DNA from: Candidatus Heimdallarchaeota archaeon
GTDB lineage: Archaea > Asgardarchaeota > Wukongarchaeia > Wukongarchaeales > JBHIFL01
Assembly (NCBI GenBank): GCA_046761065.1
Contig: JBHIFL010000058.1
Location: forward strand, 1-26,289
Direction of reading: 5' to 3'
DNA: 26,289 nt
The notes beneath the pieces were generated by a model that was not told the origin of the DNA, ran no database searches, and was given only the letters and a program-made list of their open reading frames with translations. Positions 8,445 to 17,296 of this stretch are shown in pieces (within the stretch, counting starts at the first letter, position 1; each line of letters opens with the position of its first letter). A program made the translations under genes and the position numbers.

Positions 8445-8777
8445 TTGTCGAGTCTTGAACAATGGATAAAGAAAGATCAAAGAGGGAACGTTAGCAGAGT
8501 GAAAACAAGTCCTCGACAACCTAGATCTGAGCCTGAAAAACAATCCCAGGTTGCAGATAAGGTATCCAGCATAATTGAAACAAACCCACTCTGGAAGGTA
8601 TTAATTGACACTGTTGAAAAAGATAACTTGTTTTCCAGCCGTTTAGCCTATGTACGCGAAAATATATTCCTCAATCAGCCAGATATCACACCTGAAGACC
8701 TTTCTGAGAGGATAGGCACGCCTTTAGGAGTTTCGATGGTGATTTTATATCGGTTACGGGAGGAAAAATCAGGATGA
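8445..8777 (+). CDS. Hypothetical protein with a possible C-terminal helix-turn-helix
   Basis: 110 aa, GAGGA upstream, T-rich tract after the stop. PDITPEDLSERIGTPLGVSMVILYRL has HTH-like spacing. Confidence 0.7.
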   Translation: MSSLEQWIKKDQRGNVSRVKTSPRQPRSEPEKQSQVADKVSSIIETNPLWKVLIDTVEKDNLFSSRLAYVRENIFLNQPDITPEDLSERIGTPLGVSMVILYRLREEKSG

Positions 8778-8800
8778 TCCTTTTTATTTATTTTTTTATA
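8778..8800 (+). terminator. Oligo-T terminator after the 8445-8777 gene
   Basis: tcctttttatttatttttttata directly after TGA. Confidence 0.5.
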
Positions 8801-8981
8801 TTGTTCAAAGTGTATTAGATCTCCCTCCCTTGTTGAAGTGCCTTTATCTCTTGATAATATACACAACGAGGTTGTATTGTTCTAGTTGCCAATATTAAGA
8901 TTTAGAACGTCTTATCTGTATTTTTGTTTTTATATTGAGATGTAACACATTGTTAAAATTAGAAGGGTGTTGATTACAATA

Positions 8982-9503
8982 TCAGTACTGTTCCCGGTGT
9001 ATTACTTGCTCGAGAGGGAGGCGAGGAGGTGGGTGAGAGACCTGTGCGGAGTACCCAATGGGGATGAGTGCGACGGGACGAATCTCTTCTGGGATTTCCA
9101 GAAGCTTGGAAACCATTGATTCATTGAACGCGCCTACCCAGCAGGTTCCTAGTCCCAAGCTGTATGCTGCAAGTAAGAGATTTTGGATCGCTGCCGCACT
9201 ATCTTGAATACAATAAAGTTCTGCACCTCGCGATCCATATCGTTGGGCAGAACGCAATTTGTTTGCACATACAACAATAATAACAGGAGCATTGGCGATA
9301 AATACCTGGTTATAAGCTGCTCTTGCAAGTTCTGTTTTTGTTATAGGATCATGAACAATAATAAATTCCCATGCTTGTCGATTACCTGCGCTAGGAGCCA
9401 TAATTGCCGTTGAAAGGAGTTTAGTAATTAATTCCTCAGAGATCTCTTTAGTTTGATATTTCCGAACACTGCGTCTACCTCGTATCGCTTCAAATACATC
9501 CAT
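8982..9503 (-). CDS. Nitroreductase family protein
   Basis: MDVFEAIRGRRSVRKY, APSAGNRQAWEFIIV, QNLLLAAYSLGLGTCWVGAF and IPIGY. Start moved to ATG 9503, which follows GGAG and removes the overlap with the upstream gene. Confidence 0.95.
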   Translation of the reverse strand: MDVFEAIRGRRSVRKYQTKEISEELITKLLSTAIMAPSAGNRQAWEFIIVHDPITKTELARAAYNQVFIANAPVIIVVCANKLRSAQRYGSRGAELYCIQDSAAAIQNLLLAAYSLGLGTCWVGAFNESMVSKLLEIPEEIRPVALIPIGYSAQVSHPPPRLPLEQVIHREQY

Positions 9504-9543
9504 TCCGATACACTCCAAATGTTTGAATAACTGGGTATTATTG

Positions 9544-10506
9544 TTAAATTTGTATGTGAAATCTATAAGCACAGGCTTCTATAAGAGTTGCGGCAGCAAT
9601 CTCAGCCGTTATTCCCAGCGGGTCGTGGTTTGGGTAGATTTCGACCAGATCCAAGACATCTAGATATGGAGCGAGTTTACGTATGAGATGGAAAAGTTCT
9701 TGTGGAGTTAAGCCTCCAGGAGCCCGTGCTAAGGTGCCGGGTGCATATGCAGGGTCTAAAACGTCGATATCAACGCTCATATAGACATATTCTTTTTCTG
9801 AGATAGCATTCAGAATTTTTTCGAGGATGGACTTTTTATTAGATCGAAGTTTATGTAAAGGAAAGTAGTGGATACCATATTTGCGGACATATTCAAGTTC
9901 TTCTGGTCCATGGTCATAACCATGTGTACCGATTATCCAGATATTTTCGTGGGAAACGGTTGAAAGTTCTATCGTTCGTCGAAGAACTGTTGAATTGGTC
10001 CATTTTTTCTCATTAGGGTAGGCATCCATCAGATCTAAGTGGGCATCCACCCAAAGCAAGACTGAATTGTTGGGCTTAGTAGGGAGGAAGGATGCCGCTG
10101 TTATGAGATGATCTCCACCAGCAATTAATAGTAAGTCTAAGATATTAATGGTGGAGTAGATTTCCCTAAGACAATCTTGGAGAAATCTGATTGTTTGACC
10201 ATTGAGGGTAGTCTTAAAATCTGCTTGGGAGATATCTCCAAGATCAACGAGTGGCAGCTCAGCTAGGCTGAGATCACATTCAAGATGATATCCATCAAAA
10301 TGTTGTGAGGCCTTTCGAATAACTACTGGTGCTTGAGCTGCACCTTTACCATAGATTGATCCAAGATCCCAAGGGATTCCCAGAAAGCCCATACATCCCT
10401 TAATATTACCAATTTCGCTTAAAGATTGTACATGTGGAGCATTCAAGAAGGTTGGAACCATAATATTATCCTCAAAGAATGGGTAATCCTGCAAACCTTT
10501 TTTCAA
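9544..10506 (-). CDS. Ureohydrolase (arginase/agmatinase/formiminoglutamase family)
   Basis: GIPWD, GAAQAP..IR, GGDH, DAHLD, SVDIDVLDP.YAPG and DLVEIYP motifs. The substrate is uncertain. Confidence 0.9.
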   Translation of the reverse strand: MKKGLQDYPFFEDNIMVPTFLNAPHVQSLSEIGNIKGCMGFLGIPWDLGSIYGKGAAQAPVVIRKASQHFDGYHLECDLSLAELPLVDLGDISQADFKTTLNGQTIRFLQDCLREIYSTINILDLLLIAGGDHLITAASFLPTKPNNSVLLWVDAHLDLMDAYPNEKKWTNSTVLRRTIELSTVSHENIWIIGTHGYDHGPEELEYVRKYGIHYFPLHKLRSNKKSILEKILNAISEKEYVYMSVDIDVLDPAYAPGTLARAPGGLTPQELFHLIRKLAPYLDVLDLVEIYPNHDPLGITAEIAAATLIEACAYRFHIQI

Positions 10507-10529
10507 TATGTAAGCTCGCGTTTATAGAG

Positions 10530-10739
10530 TCATACACTAGCAGAAACCATGATAATATTATCACCTCGGATCAGTATGGTTCCGAGCGGTTTCGCTTCCC
10601 CCTCCACGATCTCATCAGCCTTTTCAATAACACAATTCAGTTGAGCATCCACCGCTTTCAGAACTCCCCTTATTGACACGCCCCATCTCATTAGAATTAG
10701 AACCTCTTTGTCAAGATTCTGCCCAAGGATCTTCTGCAT
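10530..10739 (-). CDS. Sm/Lsm family RNA-binding protein (SmAP)
   Basis: Sm1 motif EVLILMRWGVSIRGVLKAVDAQLNCVI and Sm2 motif ILIRGDNI. ATG at 10739 is the likely start; the track start is 10787. Confidence 0.9.
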   Translation of the reverse strand: MQKILGQNLDKEVLILMRWGVSIRGVLKAVDAQLNCVIEKADEIVEGEAKPLGTILIRGDNIIMVSASV

Positions 10740-11019
10740 CGTTACTACGCCTTCTAAATACCTCGATGCGAAATTTACAAGAATCAATTCTTCTGATCAG
10801 GTATCCTCCTTTAAAGTTTGGTTAAGACGGAATTGACCTGTTGGACTGTTAAACAAGAGAGGGTCTTTTGAAGAATTAAATGAAAAATGCGAATATTTTT
10901 TTCTTTTGTTAAATAAGAACTCATCGCAATTTTATCAGTTCTCATAACTTAAGTATTCCAAAAGGTTTTCATAGACTATAGAATACTACATATTTTTGGG
11001 GTCTGGCAGGAGAGTTTGC

Positions 11020-13287
11020 ATGCAAAAAAGAATACAAAGATTAATTGACCGATTAGATTCCCTCTTAAAAAAAGGGAAAATAGATCAGAGAACATATGAC
11101 CAGATGCGAGAAGCTTTTGAAACAAAACTGAGAGAATTGAAAGAGAGCCCAAGAAATGAAAAAGGATGGAATGAAAAAAAAGAACAATACATTGCTACGA
11201 CCCCATCTCATAGCTATATCGTTTCAGAGTTAGAGGACATTAATGTTGAATTAGATGGAAACCGACCACCAAGATCTTTAATTTCCTATTTACAAGCAAA
11301 GATTGCCTATCGTGATCTTCTAGATAAAAAGAAAACACTTATTGAGCAAGAAGCTGAAATAAGAGAGAAATATCAAAAGAATCAAATCTCTAAAAAGGAT
11401 TTTTTGAGAGAAACCTCAACACTATCTGAAAGGGTAGCTAAACTTTCAGAATCTATTGAAACGAAAAGAGCGACCTTACTTGAATCAAGAGGGCGAACTT
11501 TTAAATTAAATGAAGAGCTTGATTTTCTAAAGAAAAAAATGGATGCGTTAGAAAAAGCTTTAGCCCTTGAAAAAATTGATAATGAAGCATATTTAACTAT
11601 GAAACAAGATATCACAAGTAAAAAAATAAAAATCCGGCAAGAAATTCAATCGGATGTCAAAAGATTTTCTAGATGGGTTGCTTTTTTTGAGCAGGAATTA
11701 CAACACCGACAAACCCAATTGAAACAAATTCAATCCGATGAACCATTCGAAGTCACTGAAAGAAAGCAACAGAAGATCAACGAATTGCTCAAATTTATCG
11801 AGCTTCTCCACACAGATATTTCAATGTTTTCCTCAGAAATCACAAGAATTCCTGTAGTAGAGGATGGAAGAGAAAGTGATGAGAAAATAAGCCAAAAAAT
11901 CCCAACAGAACGTCCCATTGAAGAAGAAAAGAAAATTGGTATACAAGTTGAAGATACAAAGACTGCTTGGCAATGTGTGGGGAACATGGTCCAATCAACT
12001 GCAAGAGACCTGATTGGTATTTGTTCACGACCCTTAGTAAGGGAAAATCAGCTCTATCTTGAAATAGTAAAAATAAATGAAATCCAAGATAATATTATTG
12101 AGGAGATTTATAACCTCATAAAACATTCTCTCGCTATAAGTGGTATCACTAACCTTACCAAGCGGAGGGCAATCATTGCTGATTATATTAGTAAAACAAC
12201 TGGAGTTGAGAAGACAAAGGCCTTGAGTCCAACAGTCGTGGGGGAATTCTATAGGAGTATGAGGATCTCCATTCCTGAAGGCCTAGATCAGGGGGAAATA
12301 AAGCCAATTGGGTGCGTTCCCTTTTCAGCCATTCAGGAACTAAATAAAAAATGCATAATTATTAAGGAAAAGTCAATAGAACCTCCTATCCCTGAGGGAC
12401 AATTAGCATTTGTTGAAGAGAAATTCTCCCCTTCTGAGTGTATTGGATCTATAATTCGGGATAGTATGGGCCGTGTGCGGGGACAAATTATTGAAATGCT
12501 TTCCCATCCTATTTTCGGCCAGATCATGCTAATAATCTCCAAGGGACCACGTCCCGAATTACTTGAATGGATTCTAAGTCAAACAAATCAAGTGAAATCC
12601 AAAGTACTCACCCAGGAGGAAAAAACTTGGCTAACTCAATTTCTTGTAGCTAAAAGACTTGAAATTGTTGAACCCGAATCGCTCAACCCTGACAACCTGA
12701 TTTCCTATTGTCTAGTCGAAGGAATCCCTCTTCTACCAAATGAAATAAGGATTAGCTATCTATCTTGGATTTCAGCAGGATTTCTTCGACGAAGGGGGAC
12801 AGAATTTACTATTAGAGGAAGTGACACAACACTAAAACCCTTCCCTGAAGGGCTTTATGAGGTTGAATATAAACCGATTATAACTGGAAATGCTAATAAA
12901 TTAGGATACGCGATTGGGTTCGATCACACCAAAGGAGAGGTGAAAATAGTTTATGCTAGTCACTTTTCTGAGAATTTAATCCCTCTGATTTATGGGTCTG
13001 TTGTTGATAAAGAAAATATCAAGAATGTTTTTACTAAAATGAAGCAAGAGATATGCGAAAAGTTGAACATTCCAATAAAGAAAGGGCTTATGCCAAGCAG
13101 TGTACTGAGATATTTAATCAAGGAAAAATTGAAGAGCATTAAGAAGCTTACAGCAATTCGCCCTAAATTTAAAAAAATGAAAGATCATTTAAAAATGAAC
13201 ACACTCGCTTTGAAAGATGTCGAGATTAAAGAAAACGAGATTATTCTGAAGGAAACAGGAAATAACCAAATACTGAACGAGATTTGA
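11020..13287 (+). CDS. Large hypothetical protein: N-terminal coiled coil with three SHOCT/CdvA-like motifs, then three PRC-barrel-like repeats with helical inserts
   Basis: 755 aa from ATG 11020 after AGGAG. The N-terminal half is K/E-rich. Internal repeats begin near 11965, 12430 and 12856. The gene is secure; the domain calls are inferred. Confidence 0.75.
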   Translation: MQKRIQRLIDRLDSLLKKGKIDQRTYDQMREAFETKLRELKESPRNEKGWNEKKEQYIATTPSHSYIVSELEDINVELDGNRPPRSLISYLQAKIAYRDLLDKKKTLIEQEAEIREKYQKNQISKKDFLRETSTLSERVAKLSESIETKRATLLESRGRTFKLNEELDFLKKKMDALEKALALEKIDNEAYLTMKQDITSKKIKIRQEIQSDVKRFSRWVAFFEQELQHRQTQLKQIQSDEPFEVTERKQQKINELLKFIELLHTDISMFSSEITRIPVVEDGRESDEKISQKIPTERPIEEEKKIGIQVEDTKTAWQCVGNMVQSTARDLIGICSRPLVRENQLYLEIVKINEIQDNIIEEIYNLIKHSLAISGITNLTKRRAIIADYISKTTGVEKTKALSPTVVGEFYRSMRISIPEGLDQGEIKPIGCVPFSAIQELNKKCIIIKEKSIEPPIPEGQLAFVEEKFSPSECIGSIIRDSMGRVRGQIIEMLSHPIFGQIMLIISKGPRPELLEWILSQTNQVKSKVLTQEEKTWLTQFLVAKRLEIVEPESLNPDNLISYCLVEGIPLLPNEIRISYLSWISAGFLRRRGTEFTIRGSDTTLKPFPEGLYEVEYKPIITGNANKLGYAIGFDHTKGEVKIVYASHFSENLIPLIYGSVVDKENIKNVFTKMKQEICEKLNIPIKKGLMPSSVLRYLIKEKLKSIKKLTAIRPKFKKMKDHLKMNTLALKDVEIKENEIILKETGNNQILNEI

Positions 13288-13427
13288 GCAATCTAGAATT
13301 TTTATTCGCATTATTTCCACTTTATACCATGTATAAAGCCAAAATGAAATTGATAATAAATATGACTGTACATAACTCTTGATTAGACCCATGAAAACTA
13401 ATGATTTTAACATTTTATTGAATAAAC

Positions 13428-13784
13428 TTATTTATAGGTTGCAGCAAGTTTGGCTACCTCTGTATAAGCCACATTAAGTTGTTGTTCACTTGGACTCCAA
13501 GCTGTGATCGCATAGTTAGTTGGACATTTAGCTAATATAAAATGTCCCTGTCCCCTAACATTTGTACAAACAAATCGATTTTCAGTCACTTGTAAGGTAC
13601 TGTACCTAACACCTTGGACTTCTATTGCGGGTACTCGATTGTACCATGCGTTTATGATCGCATGAGAGTCAATTGACCAATTATCTGTTGTCCAGACCAC
13701 ACCTCCGCTTGTCAAATCAATGATTGCCATAGCTCGGATAGTTCCGTTACTGATAAGTTCATTATATTTTACCTGAAATGCCAT
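13428..13784 (-). CDS. Asgard-type profilin (actin-binding protein)
   Basis: 118 aa with AIID..GGVVWTTDNWSI and IEVQGVRYSTLQVTENRFVCTNVRGQGHFILA, matching from memory the Asgard profilin pattern (AII...G....QTENW.I; L.IQG.KY.....E.R...TN..G.GH). Strong GGAGGAG RBS. Confidence 0.85.
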   Translation of the reverse strand: MAFQVKYNELISNGTIRAMAIIDLTSGGVVWTTDNWSIDSHAIINAWYNRVPAIEVQGVRYSTLQVTENRFVCTNVRGQGHFILAKCPTNYAITAWSPSEQQLNVAYTEVAKLAATYK

Positions 13785-13957
13785 CTATGACTCCTCCAAA
13801 AGGTAAATCCATAAAGAGATTAGAACTTTTCTCATTACAATAGATCATAAACCATATAAAAACCCTTGCTATTCCATCGTGGTCTATAGGCAGCTTGAAT
13901 TCCTTATGAGACCATTACAAAACTGTTTCGATGCTATAATCGTAGGTACTATGTTAT

Positions 13958-14272
13958 TTGGTGTTTTTTTTGCGAGGAAATGAAAAGAAACTTTTGATAG
14001 ACGTCTTGGTAAAACCTAGATCGAAAGTGATAAACATTAGCTTCGACCCCTTTAAAAAAGGGCTTATAGTTGCATTAAAAAGTCCTCCAACAAAAGGAAA
14101 AGCAAATAAAGAGCTATTAGACATACTAAAAGGGTATTTACAAGAGTTAGGATATCGAAAGGTTCGTCTCACAATTGTTCGCGGGCATACAAGCAGAAAT
14201 AAGATAATATCGATTTCTGATATTAATCCAGTCGACCTACTGGAAAAGCTTAAAACATTGTCACTTGGTTAA
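13958..14272 (+). CDS. DUF167/UPF0235 (YggU-like) protein
   Basis: VLVKPRSK, LKSPPTKGKANKELL and IVRGHTSRNKII signatures. Confidence 0.9.
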   Translation: MVFFLRGNEKKLLIDVLVKPRSKVINISFDPFKKGLIVALKSPPTKGKANKELLDILKGYLQELGYRKVRLTIVRGHTSRNKIISISDINPVDLLEKLKTLSLG

Positions 14273-14282
14273 GTTTCCCCCT

Positions 14283-16094
14283 TTATTTTTCCCGTAATTG
14301 CCTTAGTTGCCTCTGATACATCTCACAAAGTTCTTGCACCGTGGTTGCTTGCTCCGGCGACTTATCTTTTCGTATAGTTCCGGTATATCTAGGGAATCTT
14401 ATGGCAAGTCCGCTATTGGCTTTTATTTTGTTCAATGCTGCCGTATGAACTGGGGACAAGGTGAGTTCTGCGCCTTGGATTTCAAGAACTATTGTTGGCA
14501 CAAAAAAAACATCTGGGGTCATTTCTTTTTGGATATTTACCCGAGGATGTGGATTTTGGATTTTAAACTCTTCCAAGAGGTCACGGAACATCACAAGATC
14601 TTCATCAGAAAAGCCGGATCCTGATTTACAGACTGTTTCAAACTTATCTTCTTCCATATTATACGCAGCACACAACAATGCTCCATAAGTTCCCGCACGT
14701 CTCCCACGTCCCCAAAAAGCTCCGATTACAACAAGATCTACAGTATCTACCATCTCTGATGCATAATCCCTTTTGTATTTTATCCAAAGCCAACCTCGTC
14801 CTCCAGCTTGGTAAATTGAATCTTCTTGAAGAGATTTTGCGATCAACCCTTCATGTCCATCGCTTATCGCTTTTTCAAACAATGTTTCCAATTCTTCCGG
14901 GGTAGAGACAACTTGTTGAAAAGTTAATTGGAGATTATTGGAAATTTTTGTGATTTGTTCAAGTTTTTTTCGCCGTTTAGGGAAAGGTAAATCAACAAGT
15001 GGCTCATTATCAACTAATAACGCATCAAATAAAAACAATACAACTGGATATTTTGTTTTTGCTTTCTCAATTCCGTACTTCCTTCGTCTACGCATAAGGA
15101 TTTGGAATGGATAAAACTCACCCGTGTCAGGGTCGTACGCTACTACTTCGCCTTCTACAATTGCTTGCTTAGCTGTTAGTCCTTCTCTTATATAGTCTAT
15201 AACATCAGGATACTGGCGACTGATATTCTCCAGTCGTCTTGAAAAGAGCAAAACCTTGTTATTAGCCTTATGAATTTGTACCCGTTCACCATCATATTTG
15301 ACTTCAGCAGCAGTTTTAATATGTTTATCCAATATCTCGGCTGGAGAAGAGAGTCGTTGGGCGGCCATCATTCGAATAGGGTGCCCAACCTGAATCTTGA
15401 AACGTTTTAATCCGTCAAGTCCTTTTTCTGCAGTGACTTCAGCTATATACCCAATGTCGGTATTGAAATTATACGCTCGTTCCACTAGATCACGATTTTC
15501 TTTTCTACCAGTAAATGTAATTGCAATTACATCAATAAGAGTCATTTCAGCAATTCCAAGTCGTAACTTGCCTAATGCCGTTCGAATGAGATATTTTGCT
15601 CCAAGAGGGCTTGAACTTGTAATTAATCCGGATAATAACCTCTTTTTTTGCTCTACAGAGCCTTGTCCCGAGGCTCTTGCAATTTTCTCGAAGGTTGAAT
15701 AAACATCCTGAACAGTTAATTTTTTACTGAAAAGTGTTTGCTGTTTGCTCTTTTTCCTGAGCTTTTCGGCAGTTGTTCCAAGATCTCCGGTCTCTTTCAA
15801 ATCTTCGGTGATCTCTTTCGATGTAAAACCTAAAGCTGCAGAAATAGACTCTATTACCATCTTCTCAGCAACACCTAGATCCAAATCCGTTGATGGAAAG
15901 AGGTTTCCAGTCGTTAAATAACAAATGATGGGGATACTATGAGGAGGGCTTTTTGAAAATAGATCGACAAGAATATCAGTCATTTCTAAGCGTTTAGTAG
16001 TGCTTTCAAGCTTAAGGTATGTTTCACAAAGAGTATCGTAAAGAATTTCTGGGGACATACTAATGCCCAACTCCTGTTTCATTTCCTTGTCCAC
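14283..16094 (-). CDS. lig: ATP-dependent DNA ligase (archaeal)
   Basis: Motif I EVKYDGER, EGEVV, LFDAL, EGLIAK, WIKYKRDY, DLVVIGAF.G.GRR and IRFPR, with an internal PIP-like KQQTLF. Alternative starts are ATG 16082 (ATGA overlap with the upstream stop) and ATG 16058. Confidence 0.97.
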   Translation of the reverse strand: MDKEMKQELGISMSPEILYDTLCETYLKLESTTKRLEMTDILVDLFSKSPPHSIPIICYLTTGNLFPSTDLDLGVAEKMVIESISAALGFTSKEITEDLKETGDLGTTAEKLRKKSKQQTLFSKKLTVQDVYSTFEKIARASGQGSVEQKKRLLSGLITSSSPLGAKYLIRTALGKLRLGIAEMTLIDVIAITFTGRKENRDLVERAYNFNTDIGYIAEVTAEKGLDGLKRFKIQVGHPIRMMAAQRLSSPAEILDKHIKTAAEVKYDGERVQIHKANNKVLLFSRRLENISRQYPDVIDYIREGLTAKQAIVEGEVVAYDPDTGEFYPFQILMRRRRKYGIEKAKTKYPVVLFLFDALLVDNEPLVDLPFPKRRKKLEQITKISNNLQLTFQQVVSTPEELETLFEKAISDGHEGLIAKSLQEDSIYQAGGRGWLWIKYKRDYASEMVDTVDLVVIGAFWGRGRRAGTYGALLCAAYNMEEDKFETVCKSGSGFSDEDLVMFRDLLEEFKIQNPHPRVNIQKEMTPDVFFVPTIVLEIQGAELTLSPVHTAALNKIKANSGLAIRFPRYTGTIRKDKSPEQATTVQELCEMYQRQLRQLREK

Positions 16095-17104
16095 CGTCGT
16101 AAAAGGTCTTTAATCTCTTCCAAATCGGATCGAATGAGTTTTACTTCACTCAATAATTTCTCAATCACCGGGAGTTTTATCACCGTCTCGCTAAAAGTTT
16201 CGTGTTCTGGGACTGGAACGCTAGTTGCTGGTTTGACTTCAGCCTTTGAGGATAATTTCTTCAATATAGCAGCGTTTTCAGAGGTTTGGGGAATTAAAGT
16301 AATTTCGGGAGAAGCCATGTGCTCAGGTTCAATTAGATTATTATCTAGAATGGATGAATTGGGCTCTCTAGGTTCTTTAGATTCACTTAGTTGGGGAATA
16401 GACGCTTCCTGTGTGATTTCCTCACCAGAAGGTTTGCGAATATCTGCTAACCATTCACAAATGTTCAAAGCAAGTTGTGCATTCTGAAATTTTTTGATTC
16501 CCCAATCTGAAAATAATCGATACGATCCTACGACAACTACACGCCCCGTCTTGTTCCGTCCCCCCTCCCAAGCTGCTATTAGCGGCGCATTTTCAGGATT
16601 CGCATCTTGATCTGAAACAACCACTGGATTGGCCTTTCGCCTTATCTTTAGTGAACATCCGGCCACATAACAGATTTGCTCAAGACCATCAGTGATTGAA
16701 TGATCCGCGAATTCCCGAATTATAACCTGATGGGATAGTTCTTGGTCGCAATGAACTTCATCAAACACTTCATTACTTTGAATTTCAATATCAAAGTGGT
16801 TCGCTGTTAAACTGTTCATGTTTGTACCGAGTCCACTATCGCCTCCTGCGTGACTTATCACTAAAACTCCGTGTCCCTCTTCTATATACCGAAGCAACGT
16901 CCGGACTTCATATCCAAAGAGTTTACTACCATCACAACATGGAAAGATAAACACATCTGCTTCTCGAAGGGCTTCAAGTTTGATAGGAAAATCATTATAT
17001 ATGTTGATTTCATGTCCATTGAGCTCTAAAAGGCGTCGAAATTCTTTATAATTCGAGAAAATTTTCCCTCTCGGGTTATGTGTCTCATCTATTAGGATTT
17101 TCAA
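16079..17104 (-). CDS. GIFT (GldG/IFT52, DUF4350-like) domain protein with a low-complexity linker and C-terminal coiled coil
   Basis: KILIDETH, YIEEGHGVLVISHAGGD...TNMN, and GRVVVVGSYRLFSD...NAQLALNICEWLA. No signal peptide or TM segment. Confidence 0.8.
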   Translation of the reverse strand: MKILIDETHNPRGKIFSNYKEFRRLLELNGHEINIYNDFPIKLEALREADVFIFPCCDGSKLFGYEVRTLLRYIEEGHGVLVISHAGGDSGLGTNMNSLTANHFDIEIQSNEVFDEVHCDQELSHQVIIREFADHSITDGLEQICYVAGCSLKIRRKANPVVVSDQDANPENAPLIAAWEGGRNKTGRVVVVGSYRLFSDWGIKKFQNAQLALNICEWLADIRKPSGEEITQEASIPQLSESKEPREPNSSILDNNLIEPEHMASPEITLIPQTSENAAILKKLSSKAEVKPATSVPVPEHETFSETVIKLPVIEKLLSEVKLIRSDLEEIKDLLRRWTRK

Positions 17105-17296
17105 TTTTGTTGCTTCCCCATTACTGGTAGACAGAATAACCTATGACGTGTTTTCACGATTTGGGTATTTGTATCTTTCATTTATTCTCTTTCATTTGAT
17201 GAAAATCAAGATAGAAGCTAAGGAATTCATTATGATAGAAATGGCAAGAAAAGAAAAATGAATTAAACTGGAACGTCACATGGTAGTGGAGTGAAA

